Shown: positions 18,768 to 27,071 of the stretch, one piece after another
Layout of the letters: each line of letters opens with the position of its first letter
Position numbering within the stretch: position 1 is the stretch's first letter
NCBI GenBank assembly: GCA_007127335.1
Contig: SKZO01000156.1
Span: 2,658-66,657 of the forward strand
DNA from: Spirochaetales bacterium
GTDB lineage: Bacteria; Spirochaetota; Spirochaetia; DSM-27196; SLST01
Direction: 5' to 3'
Length of the DNA: 64,000 nucleotides
Made by a program: the position numbers and the translations under genes
The notes under the pieces: model-generated
Databases searched by the model: none
Told to the model about the DNA's origin: nothing
The model's input: the letters and a program-made list of their open reading frames with translations, nothing else

Positions 18768-20120
18768 TCAATGCCTCGTGAGGACGTCGAGCGGGCGTAC
18801 GCGTGCGGCGCGCTGCGCGGGGAACCATGCTGCCACGGTCGCGAGGCCAAGCGTCAGCACGGTAACGAGGACGAGATCCGGGAGACGGATCGCAACCGGT
18901 ATCTCCTGGAGGTAGTAGTCCGGAGAGAGCAGCTCGAACGGTACGTGGGTCGCGTCGGTGAAGAGCCCCGCGACGGCCGTCGCTGTCCAGGCCAGAGCAT
19001 TGAGACTCCATTCGAGACCCGCAAGGACCTCGTTGATGTTGATCGCGATCACGAGCCCGACCGACACGCCGAGGGCGGTCCCCATGGCGCCAAGGAGGAG
19101 CCCGGCGACGACGAAGGCGTACATGATGCCGGACGGCGACGCGCCGAAGCTCTTGATGATCGCGATCTCCTCCTGTTTCTCGAGCACGAGCATGACGAGC
19201 GTTGACGATATGTTGACGGCGGCGACGATGACGATGAGCACCATGATGAAGATGAGCAGGTCTTTGGTGGTCTGAAAGCTCATGTACTTTGCCCGCTCGC
19301 TCTCGAACCACGTGGCAACGCGGAAGTCCGTACCGAGCGTCGCTCTGACCGTGTCGACGACGCTCACAGCGCGTTCCTCGGCGGCGCGTGACGGGGGGCG
19401 GAAGAGGGGGTTCGGCAGGGCAAGCGGATCGTCGATCTTGATCCCGATCAGAAATCGCGAGCTCTCCTCCGGCAGCATCGGCGCGCCTTCGGCGTAAGGG
19501 ATGAAGACCCACAGGCGGTCGAGATCGGCATACCCGCTCGACAGCACGCCACGAACCGTGAACGACCGGGTCCGTGGCAGGATGCGGCCACCCGAGAGCG
19601 AACGCGCGGTCAGGATTCTCACCGTATCGCCCGCTGAAATGCTCAGATGCCGCGCGACGTACTCACCCACGAGGATACCTCCGGTATCGAGATCCCACTC
19701 GCCGGAGGAGAACTCCAGGTACCGGCGCAGCGTGGGGTCGCGGTCCCAGAGATCGGGCTCCACGGCACGGATCGTCACCGCGGTTCGCCGCTCGCCGACG
19801 GCCGCCAATCCCAACCCCTGTCGTTCGACGGAGAGGAGCCGCACATCCGGCAGCGCTGAAAGCATCTCGAGCGAGTGCTCGAGGTCGCCCTCCCGGGGGA
19901 TGCGTCGGGCGACCGCCTGGACATGGTAGGAGCCGGCCTCGATGTACCGGGCAGTGATACCGGCGATCATGCCGTCCGCTACCTGGAGCACGATGATCAG
20001 AGGCACGAGGCTCAGGCCGACGCCGATGACACCACCCCGGATTCTGCGTGTCGCACTGGAACTCCCGGTCCGGCCAAAGAGGAACCGGAATGCGAGGAGA
20101 AGCGACGAGGAGATCGTCAT
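18768..20120 (-). CDS. lolE: lipoprotein-releasing system permease (LolC/LolE family, FtsX-like)
   Basis: N-terminal LAFRFLFGR...RIRGGVIGVGLSLVPLIIVL. Large periplasmic loop. C-terminal FtsX-type TM bundle (AIIKSFGASPSGIMYAFVVAG). 4-nt overlap with lolD. Confidence 0.8.
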   Translation of the reverse strand: MTISSSLLLAFRFLFGRTGSSSATRRIRGGVIGVGLSLVPLIIVLQVADGMIAGITARYIEAGSYHVQAVARRIPREGDLEHSLEMLSALPDVRLLSVERQGLGLAAVGERRTAVTIRAVEPDLWDRDPTLRRYLEFSSGEWDLDTGGILVGEYVARHLSISAGDTVRILTARSLSGGRILPRTRSFTVRGVLSSGYADLDRLWVFIPYAEGAPMLPEESSRFLIGIKIDDPLALPNPLFRPPSRAAEERAVSVVDTVRATLGTDFRVATWFESERAKYMSFQTTKDLLIFIMVLIVIVAAVNISSTLVMLVLEKQEEIAIIKSFGASPSGIMYAFVVAGLLLGAMGTALGVSVGLVIAININEVLAGLEWSLNALAWTATAVAGLFTDATHVPFELLSPDYYLQEIPVAIRLPDLVLVTVLTLGLATVAAWFPAQRAARVRPLDVLTRH

Positions 20121-20791
20121 CGTTCCTCGAGACGGCCGCGGTCGAGGTGGAGTCGTCGGTCGCCGAGCTGTGAAAGCCGCTCGTCATGCGTCACGATGAC
20201 CACGGTCGTTCCGTGCGCGCGAACAACGTCCAGGAGGACAGACTCGACTCGCGCACTGTTCTCTGCATCGAGGTTCCCGGTTGGCTCGTCGGCAAGCAGG
20301 AGGCCCGGTTCGTTGATGAGTGCCCGGGCAAGCGCCGTGCGCTGTCTCTCTCCGCCGGACAACTGCGAGGGGTAGTGACCGAGACGCTCGGACAGCCCGA
20401 CCTCGGCAAGCAGCCGTTCGGCACGGCCGGTTGCCTCGCGCCGCGATACCCCGATCATGAAGGCGGGAAGCATGACGTTCTCCACCGCGGTGAAGTCCTT
20501 CAACAGGAAGTGAAACTGGAAGACGAACCCGAGTCGGCGCGCACGGTACCCGGTCAGGTCGGTTTCGTTCAGTGAGTGGACGGCGTAATCAAAGACGTGG
20601 ATCTCACCACCTGAGGGTCGATCGAGCCCTCCAATGAGGTTGAGCAGGGTGCTCTTCCCGCTACCGGAGGATCCGCTGACCGCAACGACTTCGCCCTGGG
20701 CGAGCTCGAGATCGATCCCGCCCAGAACCGTCAGATCCGACTCTCCGCTCCTGAAAGTCTTGCTCACACCCCGCAGCTGGACGATGCTCAT
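20117..20791 (-). CDS. lolD: lipoprotein-releasing system ATP-binding protein LolD
   Basis: MSIVQLRGVSKTF..., Walker A GSSGSGKST, signature LSGGERQR, Walker B LLLADEPTGNLD. The ATG at 20791 shares one base with the lolC stop (ATGA). The 457-aa track ORF is an artefactual 5' extension through lolC. Confidence 0.92.
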   Translation of the reverse strand: MSIVQLRGVSKTFRSGESDLTVLGGIDLELAQGEVVAVSGSSGSGKSTLLNLIGGLDRPSGGEIHVFDYAVHSLNETDLTGYRARRLGFVFQFHFLLKDFTAVENVMLPAFMIGVSRREATGRAERLLAEVGLSERLGHYPSQLSGGERQRTALARALINEPGLLLADEPTGNLDAENSARVESVLLDVVRAHGTTVVIVTHDERLSQLGDRRLHLDRGRLEER

Positions 20792-22077
20792 CACTCGTAC
20801 CTCAGGATTCCGGCAGGCGATATCAAACTCACCCGTCGCGAGGCCGCATACGCCGCGACCGTGGAACTCAGCACCGCAAAGCCGACGATCGCAGCCACCT
20901 CTACGGGCACGAGCACGGCCGGCACCTCCTCGAGATAGAAGTAGGCCGGGCTGAATATCGAGAACGATCCGGGCGCAGGACGACCCCCGCCGATCAGGGC
21001 CACCAGCCATTCGCCTGCGAAGGCCAGCGCATTGACCACGACCTCCGCGGCGGCAAAGAGCGCGTTGATGTTGCGCGCCACCGCCAGACCCAGGACGAGC
21101 CCCACGCCCCCGCCCAGCAATCCGATCCACAGGCCTTCGAGCACAAAGACCGTCTGCAGGCGCAGCGGCGTGGATCCGAGCGCCTTCAGCACCGCGATCT
21201 CTTCGGTCCGTTCGACAACGCTGCGACGCAGCGATTGGTAGATGTTCACCGCCACGACGATGAAGATGAGTCCTATGAGAAGCATCATCATCGTCTTCTC
21301 CAGCCGCAGCGCCCCGAATATCGCCCGATTGTACTCCCGCCACGTCTCCACGGAGCTTTCGGGCAGAAGCGTCTCCACCCGGCGGGCCACGGCCCGGTCG
21401 CGAAATCGGTCTTCGAGCTTCACCCCTACGCGGGCAGGCGGGGACAGCCCGAGAGCGTCCGCCGCTGCGCCAGGACCTACGAAGCCCCACCCGCCGTCAT
21501 ACTCGAGAAACCCGCTTCGAAAGACCCCTGTAACCGGGAGGGTAGTCGCGGCCGGAGCGACCGCGGAGAAGGCGCCGCTGAACCCCACCACGTCTATCGT
21601 ATCACCAACCCGGGCGCCGAGACGCCGGGCGAGCTCGAGTCCCAGCACGATTCCGCCGTCGTCGAGATCCCAGCGTCCGGACACGATCTCCATCCGGACC
21701 GCGAGTCGTTGGTCTGCGTCGAACAGGTCGGAAGGAACTGCACGGATGAGCATCGCCAGCGGATCCGGGAAGTGACCGTAGGCGAGCCCGTGCGTCTCGG
21801 CGTAGGGGATCGCGGCCCTCACCCCTGGCAGCCCCTCGAGGACGGCTGCGCCGGCCCGGGCATCCGGCGCGTCGACCTGCAGGTGAAAGCTCCCGATTTC
21901 GAGGATGTCCTCGATCGTGCCGAGCTGGAATCCGTTCATGACCGCGAGCACGGCGATGAGCGTCATCACGCCGGCGGCGATACCGACTACCGAGAGCAGT
22001 CCGGCGGTGTGCCCTTTCTCCCGACGCTTGGTTCGAAGGTACCGGGCAGAGACGAAGAAGACCCATCGCGCCTTCAT
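20791..22077 (-). CDS. lolC: lipoprotein-releasing system permease (LolC/LolE family)
   Basis: FVSARYLRTKRREKGHTAGLLSVVGIAAGVMTLIAVLAVMNG; C-terminal FtsX bundle (IAVLKALGSTPLRLQTVFVLEG). Paralog of 18768..20120. Confidence 0.8.
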   Translation of the reverse strand: MKARWVFFVSARYLRTKRREKGHTAGLLSVVGIAAGVMTLIAVLAVMNGFQLGTIEDILEIGSFHLQVDAPDARAGAAVLEGLPGVRAAIPYAETHGLAYGHFPDPLAMLIRAVPSDLFDADQRLAVRMEIVSGRWDLDDGGIVLGLELARRLGARVGDTIDVVGFSGAFSAVAPAATTLPVTGVFRSGFLEYDGGWGFVGPGAAADALGLSPPARVGVKLEDRFRDRAVARRVETLLPESSVETWREYNRAIFGALRLEKTMMMLLIGLIFIVVAVNIYQSLRRSVVERTEEIAVLKALGSTPLRLQTVFVLEGLWIGLLGGGVGLVLGLAVARNINALFAAAEVVVNALAFAGEWLVALIGGGRPAPGSFSIFSPAYFYLEEVPAVLVPVEVAAIVGFAVLSSTVAAYAASRRVSLISPAGILRYE

Positions 22078-23045
22078 CGCGACTCCTCCCGCTCCACGCC
22101 GAAACGCCGGGTACGCACGACCTCGCCGTCGCGCATCATCTCTTCGAGCAATCGCTCCTCCCCGCGGAAGTAGACTCGCAGAGTCTCCGCACCGTCCCGG
22201 TAGAGCCTCTCGACGCGCGTGTAGTCGCGGTCGGCGGCGAGGTGGTCGACGATCCGGATGAGACGGCCGTTCTCCGAGATCCGCTCCTGCCGCAGGATTC
22301 CATCGTCATCGTACTCGTAGCGCACGACCCGCTCTACCCCTTCGCGCTCTTCCCGCTCCTCGATGAGGAGCCCGTCCTCGTAGCGCCGCGACCGCTGCAG
22401 GTCGAGCGCGCCGTCGCGGGAGACCGATGATCCGAGCAGCCGGCCCGCCTCGTCATACCGGTACGTTGTCTCTCCGTCCGGCGAAACAACGACCCTGCGC
22501 CGCATCCGGTCCTCGGCGCCGTCCCCCCAGTACTCACGAGTCTCGCGCTCCACGATCTCCTCGCCTGCCCAGCGCGTGCGCTCTTCGAGCCTGCCCACCG
22601 GGTCGTACAGGAGGTGCTCGCGACTCGATCCCGCGTCGACCCACTCCTCCGTCAGACGTCCGTCGCGATAGCGGTACTCGACCGATGTACCACGGTCTCC
22701 GATCCGCCGTATGAGACGCAGCGAACCGTCGGCCCAGTAGCGCAGGTGCTCGGTCGCCTCGAGCTCATCGTGCCGGTACATACGCCTCGAGACGAGTCGC
22801 CCACCTTCGAACTCGAGCTCGGTTCGCCGCACCGGTACGTCGAGATGGTAGAGCGTCCGGACTTCAAGCCCGGCTGTGCGCTCCACGTGAAGAACGTAGT
22901 CATGTCGTGCGAGATCACCCTCCGACACCGGCGCCCGCGTGACTCCGGACTCATCGGACTCGTACCACTCGGTCCAGGCGGACAGGGGCGAGTGCATGAA
23001 CAGCAGGATGAGCAGGAATCTGGCGGCGACGGGCGAGCGAATCAT
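22074..23045 (-). CDS. secreted YD-repeat-like protein (hypothetical)
   Basis: Signal peptide (FLLILLFMHSPLSAW). Recurring Yx(Y/R)DxxGRL-like units: YRYRDGRLTEE, LLYDPVGRLEER, TYRYDEAGRLLGS, RRYEDGLLIEE, YEYDDDGILRQE. 4-nt overlaps on both sides. Confidence 0.5.
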   Translation of the reverse strand: MIRSPVAARFLLILLFMHSPLSAWTEWYESDESGVTRAPVSEGDLARHDYVLHVERTAGLEVRTLYHLDVPVRRTELEFEGGRLVSRRMYRHDELEATEHLRYWADGSLRLIRRIGDRGTSVEYRYRDGRLTEEWVDAGSSREHLLYDPVGRLEERTRWAGEEIVERETREYWGDGAEDRMRRRVVVSPDGETTYRYDEAGRLLGSSVSRDGALDLQRSRRYEDGLLIEEREEREGVERVVRYEYDDDGILRQERISENGRLIRIVDHLAADRDYTRVERLYRDGAETLRVYFRGEERLLEEMMRDGEVVRTRRFGVEREESR

Positions 23046-23920
23046 GACAGATCGAGCAGTTCCCTGACGTACGCGTCCCGGCGAAACGGCCGCAGGTCCG
23101 AGTACTTCTCGCCCGTCCCCAGAAAGGCGGTCGGTATACCGAGCCGGTGCGATATGGGCACGATGATTCCGCCCTTGGCGGTCGAGTCGTACTTGGCGAG
23201 TACGATGCCGTCGAGCGGCACGGCGCCGGCGAACACTTCCGCCTGCTGCAGGCCGTTCTGACCGGTTGTTGCGTCGATCACGAGCAAGCGCCGATACGAG
23301 GCGTCGGGTGCACGGGAGCTCACGATCCGATCGATCTTCGACAACTCTTCCACGAGGTGTTTGCGGGTATGCATCCGCCCGGCCGTATCCGCGAGGACGA
23401 GACGATCCCCGCGAGTACGCGCGCTCTCCACCGCGTCGTAGACGACCGCCGCGGAGTCCGCGCCGGTTCCCTGCTTCACGATACGGACGCCGACGCGTTC
23501 GGCATGGATCGACAGCTGCTCAACGGCCGCGGCCCGGAACGTGTCACCGGCAGCGAGACAGATCGAGTCCGCCTGGCCGGTTTCGCGAAAGTGAGTCGCG
23601 AGCTTCGCGATCGTCGTCGTCTTGCCAACGCCGTTGACCCCGAGTACAAGGACGACGTTGAGTCTGTCCGGGTCGAGGCGGAAGTCCACTTCCAGCACGA
23701 GCGACTCGAGCTCGGCGCGGAGCAACTCCACGATTCCGTCGCGGCCCGAGGCACGCTCGCGTCGGCTCACTTCCCTCAACCGGTCCACGATCTCCATCGC
23801 GGTGCGGGCCCCGATGTCGGCCTCTACGAGACTGTCCTCGAGATCCTCGAACGACTCTTCAGACTCGAGCCCTCCGCCGAGTAGGGCGCGCAGTCGAGCC
23901 CCCAGCCCTTTCTTTTTCAT
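23042..23920 (-). CDS. ftsY: signal recognition particle receptor FtsY (short form, NG domain only)
   Basis: LVLGVNGVGKTTTIAKLA (G1), LADTAGRMH (G3), LAKYDSTAKGG (G4-like). At 292 aa it has no acidic A domain. Confidence 0.92.
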   Translation of the reverse strand: MKKKGLGARLRALLGGGLESEESFEDLEDSLVEADIGARTAMEIVDRLREVSRRERASGRDGIVELLRAELESLVLEVDFRLDPDRLNVVLVLGVNGVGKTTTIAKLATHFRETGQADSICLAAGDTFRAAAVEQLSIHAERVGVRIVKQGTGADSAAVVYDAVESARTRGDRLVLADTAGRMHTRKHLVEELSKIDRIVSSRAPDASYRRLLVIDATTGQNGLQQAEVFAGAVPLDGIVLAKYDSTAKGGIIVPISHRLGIPTAFLGTGEKYSDLRPFRRDAYVRELLDLS

Positions 23921-23931
23921 TGCTTCCTAAC

Positions 23932-25452
23932 CTACTGATTGTGCGGGCCTTCTCCTACCGCGAAGTAATCGAAAACGGAGACGAGCAGATTCACGAAGAG
24001 CCCCGCGTTTACCAGCCTCGCGCCTATCGACGACCAGTAGAGGATGTTGCCGCGCCTCGCGAGTCGTTCGAGTTCTTCAGGCGAGAGCTCGGTGCTCTCC
24101 GGCGCGAAGAACGCAGCACGCACGCTCTCGAATCCACCATGGAGCAGCACGGTCACCGGCACCGACAGCACGAACCAGGTGAGCGACTGGTAGAATCCGT
24201 CTCGACTGGCACGCAACTCTTCGGTCCAGTCGATCGTATCGGGCAGCAGCGCACGGCTGATCACGTCCGGAGACTCTGCGTCCACAACGAACCGTGACTC
24301 GAGGTACCCCTCCCGGCCCATGCGGACGATCGTTGGCGAGGCAGGGAACTCGTGCAGGAGCGGCGTGCGACCCACCCAGACCGAGTCGGCGTATACATCG
24401 GCGCCCGCAGGAGAGCTCTGCAACCGCACGGCCCGGGAGACGACCGACGGCGGCTCAACCCGCTCGACGCGCCGCTCGCCCGGTGCAAGCTCCACGACGC
24501 GGACCGACGCGCGGTCCCCGAGCTCCACACGGATCTCGTGTGCGCCCGGCCGGAGGAACCGCGCCTCGGCACGGGCAAATCCGTGCAGGGTCCCGCTGAC
24601 CCTGATCGCCGCATCTGCGGCGGTCTCCGTCGTTGCATCAGCGCCCTGGGTCTCCACGACGAGCGTCGCATAGTCGCGACCGAGCACCGCCCGTGCGATC
24701 TCACCGGCTACGAGGGGCGTGTCTGCACTGAGATCCTCCGGCCGTGCGATGGTGGACCCCGCCGGCATGGTGCGATCGAGAAAGCGATGGTAGATGAACA
24801 GATCGACAGCGAGATACCCCTCTATCTCCTCGATCGTGCCCCATACCAGGAGATCGAGGTCCTCGCTGACGGCGAGGGCCTGAGGCGTCGAATCGAGCGA
24901 GAGCAGACGGCCTGCTTCGTGGCCTGCCCAGTACACGAGCGGGCGGCGCGGTGCCGTACGCACATCGGCGGGTTCGGTCGCATCGAGGAGCTCGAGCACC
25001 GCTCGCGCGTCGCGTACCGCGGACTCCGCCCGCTCCAGACGCACGCGCGCGGCGCTCCGTGCCGCCGGCCCGGCGGCGGAAGGCTCGAACAGGAGCCGGT
25101 CTCTCGCTGCGACGGCGGCCCGCAGCCTCGTCGCGGCGGTTCGTCGCGCCGCGCGAAGCCGCACCGTCGCGTACGCATCGAGCTCTTCAGCCGAGAGGTC
25201 GCGCTCGTCGATCTCGCCAATCTGCTCGTAGAGCAACCGCGGGAACGTCTCCGCCGCGTTGCGGGCTTCCTGGGACAGACGCTCCCCGGAGAGCCGGGCG
25301 ATACCCACGCGAAGGTTCTCGCGGCCGCCCGGCAGGAGCGCGGCCACCGACTCCGGCAGGGCTTCCGCATCAGCTCGCACTGCCGCGCAACACAGCAGCA
25401 GCCCGACCGCAAGCAGCCGTGGAAGGCGACCACCGCTACCGGGAGCTGTCAC
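23932..25452 (-). CDS. secreted/membrane-anchored PEGA-domain protein (hypothetical)
   Basis: Signal-like RLPRLLAVGLLLCCAAVRA. PEGA-type motif (VRLQSSPAGADVYADSVWVGRTPL). C-terminal TM segments (FVLSVPVTVLL, ARLVNAGLFVNLLVSVF). The start is uncertain: GTG 25452 (17-nt overlap with the receiver gene) or the track ATG at 25500. Confidence 0.55.
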   Translation of the reverse strand: MTAPGSGGRLPRLLAVGLLLCCAAVRADAEALPESVAALLPGGRENLRVGIARLSGERLSQEARNAAETFPRLLYEQIGEIDERDLSAEELDAYATVRLRAARRTAATRLRAAVAARDRLLFEPSAAGPAARSAARVRLERAESAVRDARAVLELLDATEPADVRTAPRRPLVYWAGHEAGRLLSLDSTPQALAVSEDLDLLVWGTIEEIEGYLAVDLFIYHRFLDRTMPAGSTIARPEDLSADTPLVAGEIARAVLGRDYATLVVETQGADATTETAADAAIRVSGTLHGFARAEARFLRPGAHEIRVELGDRASVRVVELAPGERRVERVEPPSVVSRAVRLQSSPAGADVYADSVWVGRTPLLHEFPASPTIVRMGREGYLESRFVVDAESPDVISRALLPDTIDWTEELRASRDGFYQSLTWFVLSVPVTVLLHGGFESVRAAFFAPESTELSPEELERLARRGNILYWSSIGARLVNAGLFVNLLVSVFDYFAVGEGPHNQ

Positions 25453-25837
25453 GTCGGGCCTCCAGCACGCCGTCCGCCTCGAGCGTCCTGGTGATCGCAC
25501 TCACGACACGCTCCGGACGAAACGGCTTGATGACGAAGTCTCGCGCCCCGAGCTGGATCGCGCGTACGATCATCGCCTGTTCGCCCAGGGCACTGCACAT
25601 GACGATACGGGCGTCGGGATCGTGCTGGCGGAGTCGACGCAATGCGGTAAGCCCGTCCATCTCCGGCATCGCGATGTCCAGGAGCACGACGTCGGGTCTC
25701 ATGGCCGCGTACATGCTGAGCGCGTCGCGTCCGCTCTCCGCCTGTCCGACGATCTCCATGCCGGCATTCCGCAGAATGTCGCCGAGCAATGATCGCATGA
25801 ACGGCAGATCGTCTACAACGAGGACGCGAGGGGTCAT
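25436..25837 (-). CDS. single-domain CheY-like response regulator receiver
   Basis: VLVVDDLPFMR, VVLLDIAMPEMDG and FVIKPFRPERV are full receiver signatures. 133 aa with no output domain. ATGA overlap with the prfB stop at 25837. Confidence 0.85.
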   Translation of the reverse strand: MTPRVLVVDDLPFMRSLLGDILRNAGMEIVGQAESGRDALSMYAAMRPDVVLLDIAMPEMDGLTALRRLRQHDPDARIVMCSALGEQAMIVRAIQLGARDFVIKPFRPERVVSAITRTLEADGVLEARRDSSR

Positions 25838-26944
25838 CAGCTCTCGTTCCAGCGGTCTCGCAGGTATGACTCGATGAACGGATCGAGATCACCGTCCATG
25901 ACCGCATCGACGTTTCCGGTCTCGTGCCGCGTACGCAGGTCCTTGACCATCGTATATGGCTGGAACACGTACGAACGGATCTGATTCCCCCACGAGATAT
26001 CCTTCTTCTCCGCCGCGCTCTTCGCCTGTTCAGCCTCCTGCTCGGCGCGGTAGTAGTCATACAGACGACTCTTGAGCATCTTCATCGCCATCGCCCGGTT
26101 CTTGTGCTGGCTGCGTTCGTTCTGACACTGAACGACAACACCGGTTTCGAGGTGGGTGATCCGCACCGCGCTGTCCGTCTTGTTGACGTGCTGCCCACCG
26201 GCACCGCTTGCACGGTAGGTGTCGACCCGCAGGTCCTCCGGTCGGATGTCGACGGCTATGTCGTCGTCGATCACAGGACTGACGTATACCGACGCGAACG
26301 ACGTGTGCCGGCGTCCGCTCGAATCGAACGGACTGATGCGCACAAGCCGGTGTATGCCGGTCTCACCCTTCAGATAGCCGAAGACATAGTCGCCGTCAAC
26401 CTGCATCGTCACGCTCTTGATCCCGCCTTCCGCTTCCTGCAGATCGAGCATGGTCGCGCGGTAGCCGCGCATCTCGATCCACCGGGTGTACATGCGGTAC
26501 AGCATGCTCACCCAGTCACACGCCTCGGTCCCGCCGGCACCCGAGTGGATCGTCACGAAAGCACTCGCCGCGTCGTGCTCGTCGGAGAGCATCTCCTGTA
26601 TCTGCAGGCGGTCGAACTCACGTCGGCTTGCTTCGAGCGAGGACCGGATCTCTGCATCGAGCGCCACGTCGCCTTCTTCGACGGCAAGCGCGTGGAGCTC
26701 CGCAAGGTCCTCCACGCTGCGAAGCAGCCGTTCCCAGGGTTCGAGCCGGTCCTTCTTCCGCTTGAGCTCGGTCATCACCCGCTCAGCCTCGTCGCGATCG
26801 CTCCACAGATCGGGATCTCCCGACCGTTGTTCGAGCTCGCCTATCTCCGATCGCAGTTTGTCCGAGTCAAAGATGCCTCCATGTTTCCTCGATCTGCTCC
26901 TTGAGCTCCTGAAGCGGGTTGGCAAGTTCCTGTAGCGTATGCAT
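25837..26944 (-). CDS. prfB: peptide chain release factor 2, expressed via programmed +1 frameshift
   Basis: Frame 0: ATG 26944, MHTLQELANPLQELKEQIEETWRHL, then in-frame TGA at 26869-26867. The +1 frame continues DSDKLRSEIGELEQRSGDPDLW... through SPF-region and GGQ motifs (RASGAGGQHVNKTDSAVRITH). Total length is 3n+1. Confidence 0.95.
26866..26881 (-). promoter_or_regulatory. prfB autoregulatory +1 frameshift site (SD-like element + CUU UGA C)
   Basis: The minus strand reads TGGAGG CAT CTT TGA C. A GGAGG sits 3 nt upstream of the slippery CUU, followed by UGA C, the canonical RF2 recoding signal. Confidence 0.9.
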
Positions 26945-27071
26945 ATGTCCTCCGTTGCTGAGTACGCTCAATATACCAGAAGCGCCCCTGAGGCTTCCAC
27001 CTCCGGCGGCGGTTGCCGCCGGGGGTTTCGCGCTGTTGCGTCAGGTCGGGAATGCCGAATACTATAGGGAG

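Noticed and set aside
18722-18850. 43-codon N-terminal extension of serS in the track.
   Set aside because: It has no SerS counterpart and runs into the lolE 3' end. GTG 18721 gives the canonical LDLALIRDK... start of the tRNA-binding arm.
20117-21490. 457-aa ORF suggesting a very long LolD with an N-terminal extension.
   Set aside because: The extension (RRSWRSGGRSRAVPACPRRGEARRP...) is low-complexity, out-of-frame read-through of lolC. The ABC domain begins at MSIVQLRGVSKTF, whose ATG (20791) overlaps the lolC stop in an ATGA.
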